From Octopus sinensis (taxonomy: Eukaryota): a stretch of DNA of 64,000 nucleotides. Each line of letters begins with the position of its first letter. The stretch's first letter is position 1. Positions 51,463 through 64,000 of this stretch are shown piece by piece. Where the stretch lies: NCBI RefSeq assembly GCF_006345805.1, contig NC_042998.1, positions 49,724,001 through 49,788,000 of the forward strand, read 5' to 3'. Position numbers and translations under genes: made by a program. Under the pieces are notes generated by a model. It ran no database searches. It saw only the letters and a program-made list of their open reading frames with translations, and had not been told where the DNA came from.

Positions 51463-51496
<34 letters not shown>

Positions 51497-51509
51497 ATAT
51501 ATATATATA

Positions 51510-51581
<72 letters not shown>

Positions 51582-51584
51582 GGT

Positions 51585-51615
<31 letters not shown>

Positions 51616-51776
51616 GTAAGGCCAGAAAAAATGAATACAGACAGTAAAAGCACACAATGCAGTGAATAAAGTACTATTTAGACGTTTGAGAGGAGAATAG
51701 AGTGTCTTTGACGTTACGTGTTTTAGTGACTTTTCTGAAAAAAAAAAGAAACAAGGGGAAACATCGGAGGGGAGAG

Positions 51777-51809
<33 letters not shown>

Positions 51810-51810
51810 G

Positions 51811-51851
<41 letters not shown>

Positions 51852-52643
51852 GTGGGAGAGGGAGAGTGTATGGAAAAATAAAGCCTGAAAAATTCAAATT
51901 GAGTTGGTGGAGGGATGACGAAATGTGTTAAAGTAGTGGGTGAAAATGCTCTCCTATGAGGCAGAAGTAGAATCCCATCCAATTAGATATGCGTAAATGT
52001 ACAGGGTCTTCTGTCATAACTTATGCTCGAAATGTCAGAGTGTGTGCGCTTACTAGCAAGCAAGAAGTACGTTAGATAGATTACGTAAATGTATTACGTA
52101 AATGTATATATTTTGCATGGATTTCGTTATTGAGTAAATATGCTTGCGTTAATTTGAGGGTGAATGACGAAGTACGTGTTTGCAGTAGACTCATGGCGAC
52201 TGCGTGGGATTGTGTGTGTGTGCGTGTGTGTATGTTTGTATATATGTGTGTGTGTGTATGTGAGTGTACATGTGTGTATGAAGTTATAAGTCAAGGACGC
52301 TATGTGCGGTGGTTGTCTGAGAATGTACATGCAATTTGAATAGTGCGTTTTATGTATGTGTCGAACGTGTGCGCATGTGAAACGCACAATTATCCACATA
52401 AAGTTAGCAGGAAGAATTGTGTTGGCGTGTGTGTGTGTGGAGGGGGGGAGGCGCGGAATGTTTATATATATGCATTTATGTAAATTAGATAGCACTGACG
52501 TAAACAACGACTTTTACTGCATATGGATCTGCATATAGAAAATGTACGTGGAAGGAAAAGTTAAATCCGAGACTGTAAATTCCAAGAAAATAATAATAAA
52601 ATAAAAATAAATAAAAATAAATAAAATAATAATAATATAATAA

Positions 52644-52685
<42 letters not shown>

Positions 52686-52691
52686 TAATAT

Positions 52692-52722
<31 letters not shown>

Positions 52723-52864
52723 TAATAATAAAATAATAATAATAATAATATTAATAATAATAATAATAAATAATAATAATATAATAATAATATATATATA
52801 TATATAATATATACACATATATACTGTGTGTGTGTGCTTGTGCGCATTTGTATGTAAGAATATA

Positions 52865-52912
<48 letters not shown>

Positions 52913-53569
52913 GTGAGTGAGAGAGAGAGACAGAAGGGGGAGAAATGGGGAGAAATAAGTCAGAAAGTAACTGAATGAGATAACGCATAATCTACAATAT
53001 ACACATTATTTCGTGTATCTACTGTATGCGCATAGGTATGCACACATTAAATAATCAATATTACTAAATACATATATATATATGTGTGTGTGTGTGGTGT
53101 GTGTGTGTGTGTGTGTGTGTATACACTACGTATGCGTACGATCACGTATATATGTAAGTGAAAGAGACGTTGTGTCGGCCTGCTTGAGTATGTGCGTGTG
53201 TTTATGAGTGTGTCTATGTTGTGTGTGTATGTATGTATGTATGTATGTATGTGTGTGTGTGGTGTGTGTGTGTGAGTGTGTGTGTGTGTGCGCGCATAAC
53301 ATTTTGGCTTTGTGTGCGTGTATATATTTGCTCCATTGGTTGTGAGATAAAATTACGATTGAACACTTAGCGCTCTAGGAATCCATTAAGTGTCTTAATC
53401 CAACAGAGATTAGCATAATCTGCATGTCTACTTACTCTGGCAACTGACTGGTGGAAGAACGTGGGAGTCGGGGCCAGACTGTGAAACACGAGTGAAAGTC
53501 AAATAAAGCAAAACAAACAACAACGAATACACAAGCTATGTACTTATAATTATACGTAGATACATAAGA

Positions 53570-54570
53570 TACAAACATACATACCTACATACATACATAC
53601 CTACATACATACATACATACATACATACATACATACATACATACATACATACATACATACATGTATGCATGCATGCATACATTTATACATACATGCATAC
53701 ATACATACAACATACATACGTGCACGCATACATACATTCCTACATGCATACATAGATTCATATATACATACATACATATATGCATACACACATATGTACG
53801 TACATGCTTGCATACATACATTCCTACATAGATACATATATACATACATAGATACATATCTACGTACATGCTTGCATAGATACATACATGCATAAATACT
53901 AACATACATACATATATACGTACATTCATACATACATGTATGCATACATTTATATATACATACATGCATGCATACATTCATACAAACATACGTGCATTCA
54001 TACATACATTCATGCATGCATACATATATACATTCATATATACATACATATATGCATACATACATATGAACGTATATGCTTGCATACATACATACATTCA
54101 TACATACATACATATATGCATACATAGATACATATGTACGTACATGCTTGCATAGATACACACATGCATAAATACTAACATACATACATACATGCATACA
54201 TTCATGGGTGCATAAAAACATACATGCATATATACATACGTACATACTTGCATACATACATAAATACATACATACATACATGCATACATTCATGCGTGCA
54301 TAAAAACATACATGCATATATACATACGTACATACTTGCATACATACATAAATACATACATACATACATGCATACATTCATGCGTGCATAAAAACATACA
54401 TGCATATATACATACGTACATACTTGCATACATACATAAATACATACATGCGTGCATAAATTCATACGTACATATATATACATACATACATGCTTGCATA
54501 CATACATACATGCATGCGTACATATATAGATACATACATACGTTCATACATTCATATACACATACACATA
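53570..54570. repeat. Degenerate (ATAC)n tract with 88-bp higher-order units
   Basis: gtgcataaa recurs at 54208, 54296, 54384 and 54452. Confidence 0.9.
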
Positions 54571-54849
54571 TTTAAAGTAAATTGCAAAAAGGCATCGTTT
54601 TAGTACCACGAATGGCAACAAAAATAGAAACCGTGATAAGAACGGCAACATCTACACCGAAAACATCTCCCGGAGCAACAACAACTTGAAGTAGATTTAC
54701 AACTACGACATTATGAAAGGAACATGCTGCAAAAAAATAAACAGAAAAAAAGATCCTCCCCGCCCACCCGCAAAAAAACGGAAAAAAAACCCCTCTGACG
54801 CATCAATATTATTAATATTAATGTTTTAACAAAAACATTTTTACGTAGT

Positions 54850-55420
54850 GGTTTCAAATGCCAGGTGTTCTGGTTATGCATTTGTCTGTTTGCCTAATGC
54901 ACCTATTACAGAGATTATTTCTGTCTTCAAGCTTTTCTGGGGTTTACCTATACCATCTTTTTCCTGTTGCCATTCCGTAGTGCTGTTACAGCTTCCAGTT
55001 TATACAAGTCTTAACTCTGTTGTGTCTGTGCATATATTACTTCTTTGCTAGGATTGGGCAACCAGACAATATGATTTATTACTTCTTTTCCATCACCACA
55101 TATTCTACATTTATTGATTGTATTTCTTTTCATTATATGCTCTTTGGAAATTTCTGGTGGGGAGACTTTGATCTTGTGCCACAATTAAAAACCCTTCAGT
55201 CTCTGCTTTGCGACTCGAATTTCTCAACCAGTGTTGAGACTGCATTTTGTCTATTTCTTTTCTGTTTAGCTTATCCAGTATTTACTTTGCTTGCCATCTT
55301 TTTATCGTGATATTTTGTAGTTCCAGATTTAGCTTAGATTTCAGAGTTACTTTACAGCTTTTGATGTTTCTTCTTTTCTTTCATAGCTGACCGGAATTAT
55401 GACCTCTTCTTTGTATTTTT
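54850..55420 (-). pseudogene. Older R4/Dong-type 3' fragment
   Basis: QHWLRNSSRKAETEGF, CRICGDGKEVINHIVWLP; parallels 55.7-56.4 kb. Confidence 0.75.
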
Positions 55421-55546
55421 CAGCTTCCTTATTATTATTATTATTATTGGCTTTTGCACAGCTTTTAACGCTGAAGATGTACTACAGTGTCAGCTGTTCA
55501 CTACCAGTGAACTAAGATAACACCTCTTATTATTATTATTATTATT

Positions 55547-58500
55547 ATAATTCAGTAGTTATTTTTATAGCGTGCTTTCACTTCACTACCGAGCGCAGCT
55601 CTGTGTGCCTTGGGTATGTGCTGTGATTTGTTGTGATGCTCTGATGGTTATTGTATGGAAAGTGTTTGCGTAGGATGTGGTGCAGTGCCTAGTAGTGCAA
55701 TTTTCTGTATGTTATATGTGTTTGTAAGTTCTGGTGTTTTTGTTATGTATTTGTCTGAATATTTTTTATCATGCCTAATGCACCTACTATGATAGGAATG
55801 TTTCTGTTTTCAGATTCCACATTCTAGTTACCTCTATTTCCAGGTCTTTGTATTTTGAGAGTTTCTCCATTTCTTTTAGAGACACGTTGTCATCAGCCGG
55901 TATTGATACATCAATTAGAAAGCATTTTTTTTCTTCATGATCTCTGACAACTATATCTGGTCTGTTGGCCTTAATTTCTCTATCTGTGTGTATCGGCATA
56001 TCCCAGAGTATGGTTGCTTTCTCGTTTTCTGTGACCTTTTCTGGTGTGTGCCTATAACATCTTTTTTCTGTGTGTTATTCCATAATGTTGGCATAGCTTC
56101 CAATGTATGTAGGTTCCAACTCTGTCATGTCTGAATATATTCCTTCTTAGCCAGGACTGGGCAGCTAGAGATAATATGATTTATTGTTTCTTGTCCATCT
56201 CCACATATTCTGCAGTTACTTGTAATATTTTTCATTACATGTTTTTGGTAATTTGCTGGGGAGGCTTTGGTCTTGTGCTGCATTAAAAATCCCTCTGTTT
56301 CTGCTTTGAGTCCTGAGCTTCTCAACCATTGCTGGAATTTTTCTTTGTCTATTTCTTTTGCGTTTAGTTTAGTCCAGTATTTACCATGAAGGGCTTTTCT
56401 TGCCATCGTTTTATCATGGTTCGTTGCTGTTCTATTTTTAGTTTGGATTTCATTTGTTTTATAGCTTTTGTTGTTTCTTCATCTTCTTCTTCTTCATGTT
56501 TATTAGGTGGTATGATTTCTTGTTTGTATTTGTCAGCTTCCTTAAATACTGAGAACAGTTTTTTGTTTTGCTCGTGTTTTGCCGCTATCTGGATCAGTTT
56601 TCCTTCCTTCTGAAGTAGATATTTTTGCAGTCCTATGGTGGTTATTTTATAGTAGTTTTCCAGCTGTATAAGGCCTCTACCACCTTCTATACGTTGTATA
56701 TATAGTCTTCTATGTCAGATTTTGGGTGATGCATCCTAGATCCTGTCATTATTTCTTGTTTTCCTATCTATTTTGGCAGTTCATTTCGTGTCCAGTTAAG
56801 GATATTGTAGCTGTAACTTATAACTGGGACAGCTAAAGTGTTGATACCTTATCTTGTTTTTAGCATTGAGCTCTGTGTTTAGTTGATCTAACTCGTCTAT
56901 AATATTCTTTTTTTATTTTCTCTTTCATTTGTGTGTGTTGTGTCTTATCTAGTTCATGGATTCCTAAGTATTTGTAAGTTGGCTTGGTCTAATTCTTTTA
57001 TTTCATTGGTTTTATCTAGTGTGATGTTGTTACTCTACTTCTAACTAGTTTTCCTTTTCATGGTTACTTAGGCGCATTTTTCTAATCCAATTTCATATCT
57101 ATTTCTTTGGTAAATCCATGAACTGTCTTTAATAGTGTTCCAGCTGTTTGTCATTTGCAGCGTATAGTTTTAGGTCATCCATATATAAAGGTGGCTGATC
57201 GTTTGCCGTAACATTTATATCCGCATCCAGTTCTATTTAGCATATCAGATAGAGGTGACAGTGCCAAGCAGAAAAGGAGTGGAGAGAGCGTGTCTCCCTG
57301 GAAATTCCTCTTCTAATGGGGATGTCTTTGGTTTTCATGAGTCCTCTTTTGTTTGGAGGTGTAGGACTGTTTGCCATTTATTCATAGAGTGCTCTATGAA
57401 TTTTATGATTGTTGGTGCTACTTTGTTAATGGCTAGTGTTTCGAGGATCCATGTGTGGGGATGCTATCAAACGCCTTTTTGTAGTCAATCCAGGCCATAC
57501 TGAGGCCTTTCTTCTTTCTGTGGCTGTCTTCAGTTATGGCTTTATTAATCATTAGTTGATCTTTACAGCCATATGAGCCTTTGCGGCATCCTTTCTGCTA
57601 TTCTGGGAACAGTTGTTTTCGTCCAGGTGCTTGTTCAGCCTTTGTGATATCACTGCAGTAAATGCTTGAACATAGTAGGGAGGCAGGTTATTGGTCTGTA
57701 GTTTTCTGGTTTTTCTGTTTCATTTGATTTGGGAATTAAGATGGTTTTCCCCTTCGTGAGCCATTCAGGCATTGTCTCTGGCTCTGCTAGTACGTTGTTA
57801 AAGTTTTCAGCCAGCTTTTTGTGCATTCCTGTTAGATATTTCAACCAGAAGTTGGGGATCTTGTCATGCCCAGGTGCCTTCCAGTTGCTTAGTCTTTGCA
57901 GTGCCTGGGTGACGTCTTCAGTTGTTATGGGGGTCCAAAGTTGTTCAAATGCCGAGTTTGTTATTTTGATACTCCTTTTTTTTGGTGGTTCGTTCGCCGA
58001 CCATATTCTCTCCAGAATTATTCCAATTCTTCTGCCGTTGGTGCTGCAGTGACTTCTATTTTATTTTTGCCCAGTTCTTGGTAGAACTTTTGGGGTTGGA
58101 GTTGAACTTTTTGTTTGTTCAAAGAAGCGTTGGCGTTTCTCGTACCGGCGGATCCTTTGTGCTTGGCAAGGATATCTTGCTTCAGCTTTTCTTTTATTTC
58201 AGGCAAATCTTTCTCTGTGATGTTATATTTGCGGAGTATTTTTGTTCTCTTTTTGTTGCTCAGTAGCGTTGATTGTTTGCTGATTTCATTAAGAATCGAC
58301 AGGTCTTTTCTAATTTTTAATTTTGTTTTGGATGTTATTTATCCACAGGGTTTGTTTGGGTGGTGGTACTCCTTTGGGTGGGTTTGGGTGAGTATCCAGC
58401 TTCTTTTGTGGCTGCAGTGGCTGCTGCGTATATTAAGTCATTTAGCTCAGTGATATCACTTTTTTTTGATTCAGTGGCTATCAGTTCAGTGACGGCTAGG

Positions 58501-59481
58501 TTTATGCTGTTTATAATAGGTGTTGTTATTTCGTTATTTTATTCTTGGGGTGGTCCATTTTGAGCTCTGTGGTTTTCAGTTCTTTGATTATTTTATTTTT
58601 TATATTATCATAATCATTAGGCTCCCCTTCGTTTTTACATCGTGTTTGTTGGGAATGTTGCGTTTGTCTTCGTGTTTTACAGTTTCAGTGTTATATTATT
58701 GGGCATTGTTGTGTGGCTTCTATCTACATTTTCCTGGTGTATGTTCTTTTAGGGTTCTATTTCTATTTCTGATATTTTTTTTTGCGTTGAGAATGTATCT
58801 TCGTACGTTAGCTAATTTATTAGGGTTCATTGCTGTATCCAAGTCTATATCTCTATTATTTTCCTTCCATATTTTATATGTATGTGTTGTTGTATTTTCA
58901 TTTTTTGGGTAGAGTACTGCTGTGAAGTATGCGTGTAAGATAGAAATGTATTCCTCAGTGTCCATTTACGTCTTTTGGGTTTTATTTGCGGGACATGAGG
59001 TACAACGTCCGGCCCATTATTTTGACGGTCGTCATTTTCGTAGGGGTACCGGTCCGTTTATTTCTGTTGTCACATTATTTCGCACGTGTAGTTTTTCGTA
59101 CATTTTTTGTTGTAAGTTTAATGTACGTACCGCTCGATTGTTATTCTTGGGTTGAATAGTATCGGTGGCATTTAATTTCTTCGTAGTTCCTTGTACATGG
59201 TGTTGGGGTCGGGGATGATCGTGATGTTCCACGCATGTTTACATGTGTTGCGTTAGAGGTGGAGATGATATCGAGTCAAAATACATCATTTCGTTTCGAA
59301 AATAGTAATAAATTTCAATTAGTATTACTTACTCGGATACAGTCCAATTCTTTGTTAGTAAACTTTGGCTCCATAGGATGTCCTTGTTTTCGATGTTTGT
59401 GGATAGATTTCGGAGCTCTGAATTTTCCTTCTTCATCTTAACGTCCCCCGGTGTTCTTCTTAAACGTCCCCCGGTGTTCTC

Positions 59482-59482
<1 letters not shown>
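55547..59482 (-). mobile_element. Near-full-length R4/Dong-type RLE non-LTR retrotransposon (dead)
   Basis: N-terminal EEYISILHAYFTAVLYP...KLANVRRYIL; RT KTILIPK...NYRPITCLPT and YMDDLKLY (~57170); CRICGDGQETINHIISSC; RLE RPDIVV...LIDVSIP...KLSKYKDL; (TAA)n on both sides. Confidence 0.9.
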
Positions 59483-59519
<37 letters not shown>

Positions 59520-59530
59520 TATTATTATTA

Positions 59531-59569
<39 letters not shown>

Positions 59570-59624
59570 GTTGTTGTTGTTGTTGTTATTATTATTATAT
59601 TATTATTATTATTATTATTATTAT

Positions 59625-62215
59625 AACTTTTTTTTTCTTCTTTCAATTTTCTTCCATTTTGCCGATTTCTTGTTCCCCGTCACTCGGGTCTTCCGACTCT
59701 AGGGCAAAGAAACTCATAGTGTATATTGGTAGGCCATTAAACCAAACTCAGTAGTTCGTTATTTTTTTTTTTTTTTTTAAGTTAAATTAAAATGCATGAG
59801 CAGCAACAGTTCTCACATCGACAATGCTCTTCTCAATACGTGTGATGTACCAGTTAAGACAATCTTTTGCACTTCTTGCAGGGATGGTAAGCCAGGGATC
59901 ATTCTCATATAATTTTCGGTTCCCTTCTTGATCATTCCTAGTGCTCCTACGATCACTGGTATTGTAACCGCCTTGAGATGCCACATTTTCTCAATTTCAA
60001 TGAGTAGGTCTTTATATTTCTGAGCTTGTCAAACTCTTTCGCTGAGATATTATGATCACAGGGGATGCTCATGTCGATCAATAAGCAAACTTTATTGTTT
60101 TGGTCTTTCACAACAATATCTGGTTTATTGGCCTTGATGGTTCGGTCTGTATGTACTGGAAAGTCCCACAGAATGGTTACATTTTCTCCTTCAGTTACAG
60201 CCTCAGGGTGGTGATTATACCACTTGTCGGCAGTTTTGATATTGTAATGCCGACTTATTAGCCAGTGGAGATATTGGCCAACTCTGTCATGTCTTAATTT
60301 ATACTCACTGGTGCTAAGACTTTACATCCAGAGATTAGGTGGTCCACTGTTTCAATCATGTCGTTGCAGAATCGGCATTTTGGGTCTGCTCCATTTTTCA
60401 TCACATTGGCCTGGTAGTTCCGGGTTGATAGGCTTTGGTCTTGAGCAGCAGGATGAAACCTTCGCTCTCTGCTTTTAGCCCTGTGCTCCGCAGCCACTGA
60501 TGGGTTTGCTTCTGGTCAACATCAGCTTGTTTGCTGCGGGTCACTTATTTGCCGTGCAGAGGTTTCTCCTCCCACCTATCAGCCAATTGCTCGTGTGCTT
60601 TTTTCATTGCCATCATTTTCACCTTCTTTGCAACAATAGTTGCCGTACTTCCCTCGGTTGTTCAGTTTGGGTATCCTGCACGAGATCAATAGCAAATCTT
60701 TTGCTTTCCTGATGATAATGAAGCTTCTTTCGTCTCTCGTGATTTTCCACGAGCTTTAGCATCCAGTCATTCGATATTTCGAGATATTTGGCCAGTCCAA
60801 TTGTGGTTGTTTTGTAAGCTAGTTCAAATTGGATCAGGCCTCGACCTCCTTGGGCTCTGGGAAGGTAAAGGCGATCTACGTCTGCCTTTGGGTGGTGCAT
60901 CCTATTACAACTCAGCAGCTTGCGTATTTTTCTATTTATATTCTTTACTCACTCATATTCCAGTTCAACACATTGTAGCTATAAGTAACAACTGGAACTG
61001 CTAGGGAATTTATAGCTAACACCTTGTTACGTGCATTTAGTTCAGATTTCAGGACTGCACGAACTCTCCTATAACATTCCTTCCTGATTTTCTCTTTCAT
61101 GCTTGCATGCTGAATACCAGAGCCTTCATTTATCCCTAAATATTTGTATGTTTGTTCTTGCTCAAGCTCTCTATGATTGTGTCAACATCTAACACGACTG
61201 ATTTGTGGTCTTCACTTTCCCTTTCTGGAAAGTGGCCTTGGCACACTTCTCAAGTCCAAACTCCATCCCGATGTCATCGCTGAATGATTTCACGGTGCGC
61301 AATAGGCCTTCAAGTTCATTATTGTCTTTACCAAAGTTTTAAGTCATCCATATAAAATAGATGGCTTATTTTTTATTGGCAATTTTATACCCATACCTTG
61401 TTCTGTTTAATTCACTTGTAAGGGGTATTAGGGCTATGCAGAATATTAAAGGTGAAGTGAGTCACCTTGAAAATTCCACAGTTGATGTTTATATTTTCTG
61501 AGGCAAGTACTCCATTAGAGTGGTATAATTGGAGATTCGTATTCCACAACGACATATTGTGCTTCAGGAAGTTTGAAATCACAGGGGAAATTTTGAAGAT
61601 GTCCAGCGATCTCAAGATCCATGGATGCGGTATACTGTCGAAGGCCTTTTTATAGTCAATCCATGCGGTGCTGAGATTTCTGCGCTTGTTGTGACAGTTC
61701 TCAAGGATCATACGATTGATTAGCAGTTGATCTTTGCATCCGTAAGAGCCTCGGCGGCACCCTTTTTGTTCAATGGGGAAAATATCGTTCTTCTCCTGAA
61801 TGCATATGTTTTCTCCGCCAGGATAGATGTTAGGATTTTATACGTGGTGGATAGACAGTTATAGGCCGATAGTTTTTTGGAAGGTTGGTTTCGTTATTCT
61901 TTGGGAGTAGGTAAGTAATGCCACTTGCTAACCATTCAGGTGTTTTCTTTGGTCTCTCATAATTCCATGAGCAGCTGAACTAGCTTACCGTGTGCGCACG
62001 GGAGCGATGCGAGCCAGAAATTCGGCACCCTATCTTTACGGGGGGATTTCCAATTATGGGCCTTCGTGAGTGCCTTTCTTAGGGCTATTGTGATGTCTTC
62101 CCATGCTTGTTGTAAATTTTGGTAGGATCCTTCAGTTGTATAATCCAGTCTGCATTTATGTTGTACGTCTTCTTGTCACTCCAAATCCTTTTCCAAAAGT
62201 TTTGAACTTCTTCCA
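59625..62215 (-). mobile_element. Second R4/Dong-type LINE, 5'-truncated, tandem to the first
   Basis: WIDYKKAFDSIPH, YMDDL (~61350), HHPKADVDRLYLPRAQGGRGL, CRFCNDMIETVDHLISGC, KPDIVV...LIDMSIP; 3' UTR ends in (TAA)n. Confidence 0.9.
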
Positions 62216-62225
62216 AAAGTTTTGA

Positions 62226-62256
<31 letters not shown>

Positions 62257-62381
62257 CTTCTTCTTCTTCTTCTTCTTCTTCTTCTTCTTCTTCTTCTTCT
62301 TCTTCTTCTTCTTCTTCTTCTTCTTCTTCTCTTCTTCTTCTTCTCTTCTTCTTCTCTTCTTCTTATTATTATTATTATTAA

Positions 62382-63915
<1,534 letters not shown>

Positions 63916-64000
63916 ATAATAATAATAATAAAAAATAATAATAATAATAATAATATAATAATAATTATATTATTATTATTATTATATTATTATTATTATT

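Noticed and set aside
59690-59720. R4/Dong 3' UTR as the source of SINE-A tail 2
   Set aside because: Only 8 shared nt (cctagagt); compatible with chance.

Overview
AT-rich eukaryotic non-coding DNA made up almost entirely of microsatellites and transposable-element debris. The SINE families and repeat style look like a coleoid cephalopod, probably Octopus; that is an inference from recognition, not a database result. I found no host protein-coding exon I can support, and there is one 100-N scaffold gap. Content: two abundant tRNA-derived SINE families (called A and B here); a full-length, frameshifted L1/Tx1-type LINE (18801-24226) inserted inside a SINE-B head with a target-site duplication; R4/Dong-type RLE LINEs; RTE fragments; Penelope-like (PLE) remnants; Tc1/mariner remnants; and several long fold-back elements. 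Three observations stand out. (1) At least five dispersed type-I hammerhead-ribozyme-like motifs occur, mostly inside fold-back or PLE-like elements; the best is at 51365-51425. (2) The SINE-A 3' tail matches LINE 3' ends found in this window. (3) SINE-A forms head-to-tail multimers that always restart at the same internal position. All RNA structures were folded by eye and need computational and biochemical confirmation.
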